Source of the DNA: Geosiphon pyriformis uo1
Taxonomy: Eukaryota > Fungi > Glomeromycota
Assembly (NCBI GenBank): GCA_016748015.1
Contig: JAAOMT010000571.1
Location: 933,095 to 997,094 of the forward strand
Direction of reading: 5' to 3'
DNA: 64,000 bases
The notes under the pieces are model-generated. The model had not been told where the DNA came from, made no database searches, and saw nothing but the letters and a program-made list of their open reading frames with translations. Positions 28,734 through 41,229 of this stretch are shown here, piece after piece (within the stretch, counting starts at the first letter, position 1; each line of letters starts with the position of its first letter). The translations under genes and the position numbers were made by a program.

Positions 28734-29418
28734 CAGAAAAATTTTTTAGATATTTGTATTGGCGATCCTTTTTCTTCTCATTTAAACACGTGAAGGGCAA
28801 TTACTGACGAATTTTTCGAATTCATATTTTTGCTAGCTAAATTGTTTTACTACACTTTTATGAAGGTTGACAAAAACTTTTAACGCGTGCTCTCAGATTC
28901 CCTGTACTTATTTTCTTTAATTGTTGCATTTTTACACATTATTTCGACTTCCTTGAGTGGGTTCTCAATATATTCAAAATTTCTGATAGGTATTTCAGTT
29001 GTAGAATTTTGGATTTAGCTCTTGTTTATATGAATTAAATATGTAAATACTATTTTCTTTTGTGTCAGTAATTCTTTTCAACATTTAATTTAATTAAAAA
29101 CTTTTTGTCAAAATAAATTACACTTTCCTGTGTTATACTTTAAATGAATAATCATGCTTTGGGACTTTATTTACATTTATCAAAGCCAAAATATTGCATT
29201 ATTAATTGTTCAACATATTTATTTAATTATTCATTCAAAATAAACTTTTTTAAATGATATTATGTAAATTATATAATTATTAAAATTTTTAAAGCATTTT
29301 AAATAAACATAATATAATTAAAATAATCATCTGAACAGTTTTGTCATATGGCAAAGGAAATAAATAAATACCCGAAAAAGAAAATCCATTGTTCTCTAAT
29401 TCAATCACGTGATATATC

Positions 29419-31542
29419 ATGAGTATGAGTAATATAAAATTTTTATCCCCCCATAGATTTTTCTCTCAATATCCAAACATGACCAATCCGTACCAAAGAT
29501 TCCAATTAATCTCGCCCATATTCTCCATTGGGATCTTTAAAAATCCTTCAATACGTGATAAAATTGCTGGAATCAATGATATTCTAATCATTAAAAATTG
29601 CTGCTGGCGAAGTTTTGAATCACTTTCTTCTAACAAAGCCATTACTCTTTATAAAGAACCCAATAATAAGATTAATATAATCAACTTTAATCAAAATTCC
29701 ATTATCGGTTCAATAGTTAATTCTTCTATTGATAGTAAAATCAATTTAGTGAATACTCAGTATGAGGGTGAAAAAAGCACAAATCTTTCAGGCACTCTGC
29801 TGAATCAGATCGAAGTCAAAAAGAAAAGTTTTATAAAAAATCGGATAAGTGTTGCACCAATGTATAAAGTTACGACACAGGTAATATCTATTATAATCAC
29901 GCTCAAAGTATTATCACAATATTTTTTTGCTAATCCTTTTTTAAAATCTTTTTAGCATTTTCTCCAACTCTGCCGAATCATCTCTTCAAACATTTCTCTC
30001 TACACCGAGATGATCCCTTGCAACACCATTCTCAAGCACAATGAATCGAAAACCCTGTCAAGGGTGATCGGTAAACCACTTCCAGATACAGTAGTACAAC
30101 TGGGTGGTGCGGATCCGAGTCAGCTTGGAGAGGCCGTAAAGATATTAGAAAGGGAAGGTTGGAGAGAGTTTAATTTAAATGTGGGATGTCCGAGTACCGA
30201 TGTTCAGGTGCGTTTCACATTTTGAGATCTGGCTTAACCATTAGTGCCCAAGAAACCATATTGCCTGATTTTGTGGATTTTATTAAATCAATCATTTCTT
30301 TATCCAACACAGTGTGGTAGTTTTGGCGCAATTTTAATGAAAACTCCCGATCAAGTTGCACGTATTGTTACCGCAATGACGGAGGCTCAAGAAACCCCCA
30401 TGAGATTTCCGGTCACAGTAAAATGTCGTATAGGGGTTGATCAAATGGAATCTTACGAATTTTTACATCAATTTGTGGGTTATACACTTTATCTTTCCCC
30501 AAAATGTTTATAAACTTTATCCTATTTCCAATAACTTCCAATCTATCACTGCATGTCCAGATCTCAAAAGTATCTCAGACTGGTGTTGTAACCCACTTTA
30601 TATTACACGCTCGAAAATGCCTGCTTAAAGGTCTGAACCCTACCAAGAACCTCTCCGTTCCACCACTTAACTACAATCGTGTTTACGAGATCGCACGTAA
30701 TTTTCCAAACTTGAATTTCACCATTAATGGGGGCATTGATAGTATTGAGAAGCTAAAGGAACAGCTCCGACGAGTGGACGGAGTTATGATTGGTCGTAAA
30801 GGTAACTATCGAAGTTCGTTAATATTAGAAGTATATATTAATATTTGATTCAATTAATCGCTTCTATGAGTAAAGTATCTCATTGATCAAAAACATTTTA
30901 CCTGCAAACCTGATTTAAGTATCTAATCTCGATTATTAATTTCATTGAATACAAACAGTAAGAGAAGGGCCAACATTTCTCGCCGAAATTGAGCAAGGTA
31001 AAACCCTTTCAAACAAACCAAGAGTATTTGAATCCCACGCTATTTCCCTTCTTTCAATTATTCCATATCAAAATAGATTTACACGGAATCTCGCCAAAAT
31101 CTGAAATTCAAATAATTCAAGAATATCTTGGTAGGCATCAATTTAACTATAAATAATCAGCCCACTCATTCTCACATTTCAACATTTTACAACCCTCCTA
31201 AAAATCTCTGTTGATCAACAACATCGATGACATTTACTCAAAGATTACCTCGAATCTTACATCACCCACATCCCAAAAGCCTGGCCACTATCTCTTGGTA
31301 ATATATTGAACCCATTATATCCCATAATTCCTGGAAAAAAAGGCAAGTTTTTTCGAACACATTTACAAGAAACCACTAGAGAATTGAAGCGCCGTAAACC
31401 CCAGATTGCTGGTCATCTTACTGAGGAGAATGATCTTGATGATCCGCTGGTGTCGCGATCAAAACTGGCTGCCACGATTCGAAAGCTCATCCAAAAGAGT
31501 TTAACCGAAGCTTCACGGGCATGTAAGTCAAAGATTGGATAA
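29419..31542 (+). CDS. dusA: tRNA-dihydrouridine synthase of bacterial DusA type with long N-terminal extension (about 6 introns)
   Basis: ISVAPM, LYTEMI, VQLGG, NLNVGCPS, FGAILM, VTVKCRIGVD, HARKCLLKGLNPTKNLSVPPLNY (DusA signature), INGGI, GVMIGR. Confidence 0.8.
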
Positions 31543-31782
31543 TCCTTAGGTGACTGACCAATTTCGATGTCTCGACGTCAAGATTTTCATTACAAAGCAA
31601 CTTTTATCAATTTTTAGCGAATTCGAATTATAATCTTTAGGGTAATTAAAGTCCAGGATCAATTCCAAAAAATTATATTTGAAACACTTTGCCCCTAGTA
31701 CTATCTATCTAAAAATAATCCCTTCCTCATTCCGCATCTAGAGGCCAAACCTATAAATGTCTATAAATTCAAATTTTTCATC

Positions 31783-34494
31783 TCAAATTTTTGAGCTTCC
31801 CCTTTCATCCCATCTTGATCGGCTACCGGGTTTACCTTCAACAAAAGATGAATTTGGTCTATCACGTGGTCTAAAACTTGATCTTGCGTCAGTTTTTGCT
31901 TTGAATCCTTCTCCAGAATTTGGGTTTTGTCCAAAACCCGAAACTTGCCATTGCTTTTTTTCACGTATTGAATACATCTCTTTTATCTTTGTAAGCCCTG
32001 ATATGGTTCCTTCGTTGCGGTTACTTATTTCTCTTTCTTTATGTGTCTTAGAAGGCGAGTAATCCCATTTCTGACTGTGGTTGGATCTATCCCGATCTTC
32101 ATTATAGAACTTTGAAGGGCTATTTACGCGTCCTGAATGTCTCAAATTATTTTCATCTTCAAATCCGGATTTATATTTATTTTCCCTATTAATTGAATTT
32201 GATTTAACCTTATGATAGCTTGGTCTGACGCGCGCTTCCATTTCAAGCGAATTTTGTTTCATAGCCTCGGATTGATCTGATCGCCTCACGAACTTTTCTT
32301 CAATTCTTGAGCCCTGCCATATATTTTGTTCATAATTACCTCCGAAATCTTTACGGTATATCTTACCTAATTTTGATTCTGCGTCACGGTAAATTCCCCC
32401 TTGTTCCCTTGAATTTTTTCTAGAAATCCCATCATCCCATTGATTATTACTGCTGTATCTGCCCCTTTCTTCAGATCCTAATTTATATTGGCTATTCCTA
32501 ATATCTGAATTGGGTTTAGCCCATGCTTCTGTTTGAGACTTGTCTAGATCCTCCACCCTTGGAATTTTCCAACTTTTTTCTTTCCTTTTAATAGACTCGG
32601 ATGGTTGATTAGAGAACTCATGTTCCGTAGATTTCTTCCCCTCCCTTTCTCGATCCATCTGTCTTTGCCCTCGTTCTTGTGCCACCTCTTTCTTTTCTAC
32701 TTTTTTCTGCTGCTTTGTGTTCACTTGCTTCTCCTTTAACTCAACCTCGGAATTCTCCAAAAGTTCATTTAGCATATATTGATATTGATTTCTCATAAAC
32801 CTCCAGATTTCCTTTTTGTCAGTTAATAATCCTTGACTGGCTTTTTCAAAAACAGCATCATAAGCAGATATCATGTTGCGCAAAAGAAATTCATTGAGTT
32901 GAATCGTTAATTTTTTTTTGTTTTTTACGGCTGTTGCGTTCAATCCAAGAGATTCGATTCTTTCGAGAAGCCAACATAATGGCTTTATTGATGCTTTTTT
33001 TTGGTTAATTGCTAACTCGAGCATTAAATTTAGAATATGAGAATCGGGTTTTACATCACCACAGATCATCTCTTCGAAAACTTTGGTCGCCGATATCCAA
33101 TTATTGCTAATTTTGATAGCAGTTAGCAGTAGGTCATAAGTTGCCAAATTTGGAGAAAGCGATCTTGATCTAATTTCATTTAGGACATTTACAGCCCCTT
33201 CTAGGTCATGCTTTTCGATATGTAAAGCGATCAATGTATTCAAATTAAAAATATCAACTTGGAGATTTGGGAATTTCGATACAACCTGGGAAAAAAAGGA
33301 AATCCCTTGCGAAAAAGCCTTTCCTTTAAAAAATATGCCCAGGCAAACATCAAGTGATTTTGTGGTCATCCCTATATCATATCGCGAAGATGCTGATACG
33401 ACTTGAGTATCATCAATTTGAAATCCATAAACCTGTTTAATAATTTGAAATCCCATTTCCGTGTCTCCAAAATTTTTGCAACAAAGCAACATAGCAGTAG
33501 TTAACTTGTCGTCGAGCTCTAGCTCGCCTCTTGCTCGTTCATTCACCTTATAACCCTGTACTTTATTGGTACGTTCAAGCTCTACTCTACGGTTCACTTC
33601 TTCCCAAAGCTTTCCAGCAACCTCAAAGCCCTCTGCACCGTTCCTAGCACATGATCCCAGCATTATTGTGTAAGTGTCCTTGTTGGCAAATAATTCCCCG
33701 CTGCCAAAAAGTTGTTCATAGTTTTCTTTCAAAGATGGAAAGTCATTATTGCGGCTACAAACTTTTAGCAAAGCGTTACCATGAATCACGTTAGGTTTGA
33801 TGGTTGTGTCACGAGAATCGTTGCGCATTTTCTCGATAACATTTATCGCATAGGCCACGTTATTAGCAAAAGAGCGTTTTTCGGCAATGCCGTTGAGTAA
33901 GACCGTGTAAGTTCTTTCGTTTGGTGCAAAACCTCTTCTTCTCATCTTGTAAATATCATCAAGAAGATTAAGTTACATACTCGATTAAGAAAGAGAAAAT
34001 TCAATAATAAAGAAGCTGAAAATGAGATCATGAAAATATATGAAAAACTATACCTCTGAGAACAAACGAAAACCCATTTTGACTTTTCCCAGTTCCACAG
34101 TTTCACTTATTAAATGATTCCATACGACTTCAGATACAGCATATTTCGGTGCACCCATAACAAAAGTAATTGCTTCATCCAGTTTCCCTTGCTTCGCAAG
34201 TTTTTGTACTTTATCGGACATCAAATAAGGGTCGTCTGGAATTTTGGTATGGCCGGGTAAAGGCTTGTATGGTAACTTTAATCCGAGCAAAGGCAAAGAA
34301 GTAGTGAGTGTACGAGTGTGAAATATCGTACCGATATCTTTTGTAAATAGAGGTGTTATACATATTGAAGGGGTGGTGAAGACTAATAGTAAGGTTGGTT
34401 TTCGAAAAGATAAGTAAAATTTTCGTAAAACTTTATGCGAAGCTTTTTCCCAAGCGTCAGGATATCTTGATTGACAATAACGCGCATGAATCAT
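31783..34494 (-). CDS. Pentatricopeptide-repeat protein, probably mitochondrial (one intron)
   Basis: Repeats VVWNHLI..FSEMRRRGFAPNERTYTVLL, KPNVIHGNALLKVC, NKDTYTIMLGSC, PNLATYDLLL, KPDSHILNLML. Basic N-terminal presequence-like region. Confidence 0.88.
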
Positions 34495-35195
34495 GGTCCA
34501 CACGAAGAAATGTCTGAGCTAGCAACAAATATTAAACGATCAGATATGCTAAATTTTCGTTTTGGAAATGAGTCATGAAAAGTCACATTTCAAGTTTACC
34601 GATTAACAAAACATTTTTTTGATGATGATAATGATTATACACATAATATTTGACGGTAAACAATAGTTTTTTTGAATTAATATATAATCTTAATGATGTA
34701 ATTAATATTTTTGTTAATATCATTACGTAAACCATCACGTGACCAAACAATCTGATCATTATTACTGAATTCTTATGTATTTTTATGTTTTGCTTTTTTT
34801 TAACAAAAGCAATATTAACAATTATATTTTTTTATCTTATTTTTACTAATATTATAGATAAAACTTTATTAAAACAATCACATTATGACTTGGTTCAAAA
34901 AATATGTTTTTTTTACTTTTTATTTTAATATTTAAATTATAGTTGTTTATTAATATTGATTTTATTACTGCTACTTTAACAACACAAAAATCATTATAAT
35001 ATATATATAAAATAACTTATTATTTAATTTTATAGTCAATAATTTAGTTAAAAATATTATTACAATTAATATAAATCTTAATTATTAATAACAAAGAAAA
35101 AAAATAAACAACAAAAAATATAAATTACAATTTATTGTTTTATTAATTATTAAGTGTTTTTTAATAGATAATTGTAGTAAAATTGGTAATAATAT

Positions 35196-35413
35196 TGTTT
35201 AAAAGCTTGTTTGTATTTATTTTATGTAGAATATTATGATTTTTGGTGCTTATAATAAATTAAAAGAAACAGTTTTTAAGAATTTTATAATTTATTAGTT
35301 TTTGAAATTTTTTTATTATATTTAATAATTTGTTAAAAATCAAATTATTAATATTTTACTTATTAAGTTGTTTAATTATAAAACACAAAAATAACAGAGA
35401 ATTTTTTAATATA
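35196..35413 (-). mobile_element. U5-end fragment of a hypermutated family-A-like LTR, split from 53499-54305 by LINE-1
   Basis: ATTTTACTTATTAAGTTGTTTAATTATAAAACACAAA aligns with the LTR A reverse complement ATTTTACTCATTGAGTTCTTTAGTTATAAGGCACAGA. TTTGGTGCT retained. Left boundary approximate. Confidence 0.55.
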
Positions 35414-35647
35414 ATAATTAATGAGTGAGATTCAAATGCTACCTACTGCTATACATCAAAAAAATGATCTAAAGTAGGCACAAATCATGTATTTTCTACA
35501 CGTGACCAGCCATTCGGGCCAGTCAAAACAACACTACACAGCTATACGAACAGAAACTGAGTCACCAATACCAGAAAAAAATAAGCAACACTTGTAATAA
35601 CCAAAGTTAACACCAAAAGCCTCAACCATTCCCAGCAAATTGACCAT

Positions 35648-36740
35648 TGTTACTTGAGTAGAAAAACCGATTCAAAGTTATGAAAAAATGTGACCAAAAC
35701 GTGACATAACACAGAATAATGCGCAATAATGTTGAATAACATATTATAATGTTGAATAACGTGTTATAATGCAGGATAACACAGAATAGCATGCAATAAT
35801 GTAGGATAATGTGTTATAATGCAGAATAACACAGAATAACATGTAATAACGTTAGATAACGTGTTATAATATAGGATAACTAGTGATAACATAGAAAAAT
35901 GAAGCAATAACAGAAACAACAAAGCAATAGCTAGCAATAGTAAGACAATTGAAAACAATCCTGTAAAACCAAAAGAATGTATAAAAGCAAGTAGTTATAG
36001 AAGTGAGAAAAGACAGAGAAAAAAAAATAGATACGAACCTCTAGACCAGAAATTAAAATATCCATACTCCTTCATCTTTTATTATCTTTCCTATTTCATC
36101 TCCTGAAATAAACCAATTATTAAAAGAAATCAGAATCACGAATTCATGTTCTCGAACTTCATGAAATTTACGTGAATTAACCCTTGTCTCATACCTCCAT
36201 TCTAAAACAGATGCTCTTAGCATAACCACCTCGAACCTATTAACGATTTGGACCAATTGCTCTTGATCACAGTGATTGACAATACTAATTTATCTTTTCT
36301 CTCTTTTCTTTTCTTTTCTTTTTCTTTTTTTTTCTTTTTCTGTCTTATTTTTTTGTGGAGCGACAACATAGTAAAATCGACTGTCTGGAAATAGACTTCG
36401 TGATAGCCTGGTAAAAGAGGAAAGCTCCCTTTAAGTTTTGGATATTAACATTATCTTGTTAGCTTACCAGAAAGACGAAAAGACAATGCTAGACCCTAAT
36501 GACTATGCTCGTTAGTTCGGAGAAAAAAGCTCACATTTACAAAAAACATTACAATTGACAAAAGACAAACTCTGTGCCTTATAACTAAAGAACTCAATGA
36601 GTAAAATTCACATCCAAGAATAGATCTTCAAAAACTGATAATCAAGACTAAGCCAACAGAATTACACAGAAGACGCATCATCAATAATTGAGAGCACCAA
36701 ACATTATTATTTCCCATACCCACCAAGTTTACCCATAACA
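35648..36740 (+). repeat. 5' LTR, family A
   Basis: TGTTAC...ATAACA termini; direct repeat of 44798-45891; TATAAAA near 35980. Confidence 0.93.
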
Positions 36741-36742
36741 TT

Positions 36743-36759
36743 TAGTGCTCCCTGTGAGG
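36743..36759 (+). other. Primer-binding site T(A)GTGCTCCCTGTGAGG
   Basis: Starts 2 nt after the LTR. Family C has TGGTGCTTCCTGTGAAG at 62428. Consensus resembles the complement of a tRNA-Ile(UAU)-type 3' end; the tRNA assignment is from memory and uncertain. Confidence 0.7.
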
Positions 36760-36773
36760 TTATAAATCCACAG

Positions 36774-39350
36774 AAACAGAGCACCCCCAAAAATACATAA
36801 AAGTGGTAACTATTGGAACAATAGAAAAGGACCACTCCTCGTACAGAAAAGCACTATTTTAATATTTTCAAAAAGACCTAGGAATATCAGCAGGAATTGC
36901 TTACACAGAAAGTGATTTTTGTAACTATATCAACGCAAAAATTGACTGCTTGTTAGACTGTGCAACTAATACAGGAAAACTTGGGGAACAAATCCATCAA
37001 AGCTTACTAGGGTACTCAACAGCCACGACTACCCGAGCAATCGCTGAAACTCTGCGCATAATCGATACAGACATTAAATATTATATGGCACAACGATTTC
37101 CTCAAGTACAACAACCAGTGGAATCCGACTCTGAGGAATACAAAAACAAATCCAACAACCCCGTAACTGCCCAAGCCAAGTCCACAGTCAACAAGAAACC
37201 AAAAGTCCTCTCCCCAACAACTCCATCATACCATCAGACACTCCAAAGTAGAATTGTATTCAATCCACCCCCGGAAACCCAGTCAGAAACACCACGAACT
37301 CCTGGAAATCCACACTCTTGGAATCAACACAATTGGACCAAATTACTAAGAGAATACGGATTGCTGTTTGGAAATCTTACTCTAGCAGCTGGTCAAACAG
37401 AAGGAAACCCGTCAACTTGGGAACAGCCACCAGCACAAAACCTAGCAGAATCAGCATCTCCCCTGATAGAAGAAACAACTATCTTACAACCTATTGGTTT
37501 AAGCAACAAAGGAAAACAACCAGTATTAGCACCTGGAGAACACTCGAATACGCGGACACCAATTCCTTTAAACATAACCAGTAATACTCCACCCATTAAC
37601 CGGATCATGGCTTACCAGGATATTGCTAAATTGGAAAAATTTTCTGGTGAAGAAGATAACGCATATTCTTGGATCGCAGATGCCAAAAAAACAATTACTG
37701 CTAATGGTTGGAATGATGACCACACAGTTCAGGCACTGCTGTTCTTTTTGACCAGAACTGCCAATTCGTGGTACCAGAGCCTGGTAGAGAAGCCTACCTC
37801 TTTTACCGAGTTTAAACTCGCATTTCTGCAATACTTCTGTGACTCCAATATGTTAATCTGATTGCAGAATCAATTCAGCATAATTAAACAAAAAGATCAT
37901 GAAGCAGTAACTACTTATCTCAGACAATTCAATCAAATCTTGTATCAAATATTAGCTATCAAAAGGGACTACTATATCATGGCACAAGTTCTTAATCAAT
38001 TCATTAAAGAATTGCAGAGTAGTATTCTAAGATCCGTAAGACTCCATCATCCAACCAGTTTACAAGACACCGTCACTCTCGTTCGCAATTTTGAGTCTGT
38101 AGAACAAGAAGTAAATCATACCCAAGCTGTTAATTTAGCCATTAACGGAACCTCTGATATCAACGCAAAGATAACCCAATTGAGTGAGAAACTAACTCAG
38201 AAAATTGAGAGATTCTTAGCCGGAACTACAGAAACTTACCAACCATCCCAACAGAGAGAAAATAACAACAACAGCAGATACTCACAGCAACAGAACTATC
38301 AACAACAGCAACAACCTTAGAGATCTGATTCCCACAACTGCTACTACTGCCAAAAACCTGGACACATTGCCCGTAACTGCAGAAGAAAGATCATGGACCA
38401 AAATCAAGGAAACCCATACCAGCAACCCAGATATCAGCAAAACATGGTACCCCAATATTTCATATCTCAGAATCAACTGCTCCTATACACACAACAAGTC
38501 CTGTATACTCAACCACTGCCCCAGAATTATTATTAACCACCACCAATGACACAAGCAATCTCTCACTATCAAACTTCCCCTTACAGCCCGTCCAGATCTT
38601 GAGCTATAGACTATAATCAAGGATGGAGAAATTCCAACAACAATCAGGTGCAAACCAACAGTAGATTGTCTCGACCAATCTCTCACAGTCCTGCCCAATC
38701 TCAACCAACACCAACTGGATACCTGAATCAAGCTTTCTATCTTGGTCTTATGGAAGACCAGGGTTTTGATAAATCTACACCTATGGAAAGGGGGGATATA
38801 AAACGAATCTCCCAACCTTCTAAGCAAACAAAAAGCAATATTCTACCAGCCACTATTACCGAAGACACCACCCTAGCCGCCATATTTCTTTTTGACATCA
38901 ATAATTTAAACACACATAGTCTTTTTAGTGGAGCAGCCATCAATCAGGATAAACCAATAACGGCCCTATACACCGATACCAGAGTCAGAGGAATAGACAT
39001 TAAATTAATCCTGGATAGTGGATCAGCTGATAGCATAATCACAAAGCAGCTTATGGACCAACTAGGTCGCTGAGTAGACTGTGCTACTACCATCTGGATC
39101 ATTACAGCAGATGGGAACACAAAAACCCCAATAGGAGAAATTGACAACTTCCCCTTCAAAATTAATGAAATCCAAATTCCTACCAAAGTACTCATTATGG
39201 AAGCTACTCAATATCAAGCTCTAGTAGGAAACAACTGGTTGTCAAAAGCCAACGCTACTCTCGACTGGAACACCCAAGAACTTCAACTCATGTTCAACAG
39301 ACAGCATGCCTGAGTTCCAGCTACGTGCAGACACTTTAAAAACCAACATA
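36774..39350 (+). pseudogene. gag: gag (N-terminal domain, capsid, CCHC knuckle) in frame with aspartic protease
   Basis: IAKLEKFSGEED..WI..ANGW..ANSWY..FTEFKLAFLQYF; CYYCQKPGHIARNC near 38339; LILDSGSA..IIT. Confidence 0.9.
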
Positions 39351-40369
39351 CTGAGGAACCCCTTATTGAATTTGAAGACACATTAATGCCACCAACCATC
39401 GAGACCTATCAGGTTTCATGGGCGAATGATTATTGAACTGAACTACCCCCACTACCAACCTGGGAAAAAAAAGGAAAAGGCAGAGCCGAAGAAGAACCCC
39501 AATTGTCATTACTAAGATATGTAACCTCAGACCAAAGAAACTTATTTTACCAACTCTCAAGACTAATATGTGTCGATTGTGGGAAAAAACTATCCACTAT
39601 GGGTGCATGTATTGGGAACAACGAAGAATGGTCCATCACCACCAAATATTATTGCAGGCCTTGTTTACTGGAAAGATTTGGATGACCAAAATGACAAGGC
39701 AAATGGGACTACATGCCGTGCCTCGCATGTGGCAAAATTCTGCCAGATGAAGAACTCTGGAATAATGTGCCTGACAGAGGAGGAACATGTGATGAGGCTT
39801 GTCAATACACCATATTAATCAACAATTGGGTACGAAAGGAAACTCCCATCGAGGACGCTTGGAAACAAGCATTCAACAGGCTAGACAGTTATCCACACGA
39901 TGACCACGAAATCTGGAAAATGGCAAGCACCAAGGCCGAAGATGCCACGACTGAAGAAATACAAGAAATTAAAGACAACCCTTGGATGCCCAAATATACT
40001 GGACCCGACTACCCTAAGGATGATTTCTTCACAGATGACCCAGATGCATTTCAGAACCAATATCAGAAATTGGCCCAACTCGCAAGGAACAGGAGCAAAG
40101 GTTGGCCAATTTGAATACCAAACTATGCGATCACTGTTTGATCCCCTGTCACTTCCAGTACTGCGATGAATGTAATCTTATGTTTAATCTGCCTCCAAGA
40201 ATACTGTTTCCAATCACCGAACTACCTGAACCCAAAGAAGAGGTATTGATCACCGAAGACATGTCGTTTCAAGATCCAACTGAGGATACCAAAACAGAAC
40301 AGTATCTCGCGTATCCCAACCTCTCCAAAGAACTAGAGCTAAAATAATACAGTGACAACGAGAAAAGAA

Positions 40370-40770
40370 TCTGCCTTGAAAGAGCACATAACACCGATGC
40401 CGGTTTTGACCTACAATACTCTGGACAATTACCCATTATTATAGCCCCATATTCCCTTGTAAAAATAGATCTTAAGATAGCGTTAGAAATTCCTGTTAGT
40501 ACAATGGTACAAGTTGTCTCTCGATCTAGTCTAGCCAAGAAAGGAATCAACATAAAAGAAGGAATCATTGATGCTGGTTACACAGAAAACATCATCATGA
40601 TGCTACAGAACAATTCGAACAGACCCTACAAAATAGAATCACAAGAAAAGATTGCCCAAGCTATCTTTCTATCCCTAGTCAAAATACCCCAATTAACCCC
40701 AGTAACAACCCAAGAAGAATTAGGCCTTACTGCCCAAAAAATCAACAGGTTTGGATCAAGTGGAAGAAGA
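40370..40770 (+). pseudogene. dut: dUTPase domain within pol
   Basis: All five trimeric dUTPase motifs: DAGFDL, SRSSLAKKG, GIIDAGYT, KIAQAI, FGSSG. Confidence 0.9.
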
Positions 40771-41229
40771 AACATACCAGTTAATTTCATGGAGGAAGAC
40801 AGTGACCAGGTAGAATTTATTCACACCAACACCATCATCTTCATTCCCCCATACTGACAATACATCTTCAAGGTGAATCAAAAGATCCAAGATCAAGCCC
40901 TATTATTCGAAGCCAGTTCCGAAATTTGTTCCCTAGCCAATGTTGCTAATCTATACCTACCGGCCAAAGCCCATAAACACTTCAAAATCTTCATCCACAA
41001 CCTGACAGAAGATGTCATTGAAATCCCCAAAGGGACTCTCGTCGGTTCCATATCTGCAGATAATCAGAATTCTGAAAAACCCCAGTCCATTCCAAATTTC
41101 ACACAATTATTCTTATTTTGTGACATTACCTCACAAATATGGAATTTGCCAAAAGAAAGTTACTTGTTCATACCAAAAGAGATCAATAAATTGAATTTAG
41201 GAAATTTAAGTACCCTGCAACAAATGTAA

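Noticed and set aside
35706-35890. CRISPR-like repeat-spacer array
   Set aside because: Units are 10 bp with recurring 5-nt variable parts, lie inside an LTR in eukaryotic DNA, and no cas genes are present.
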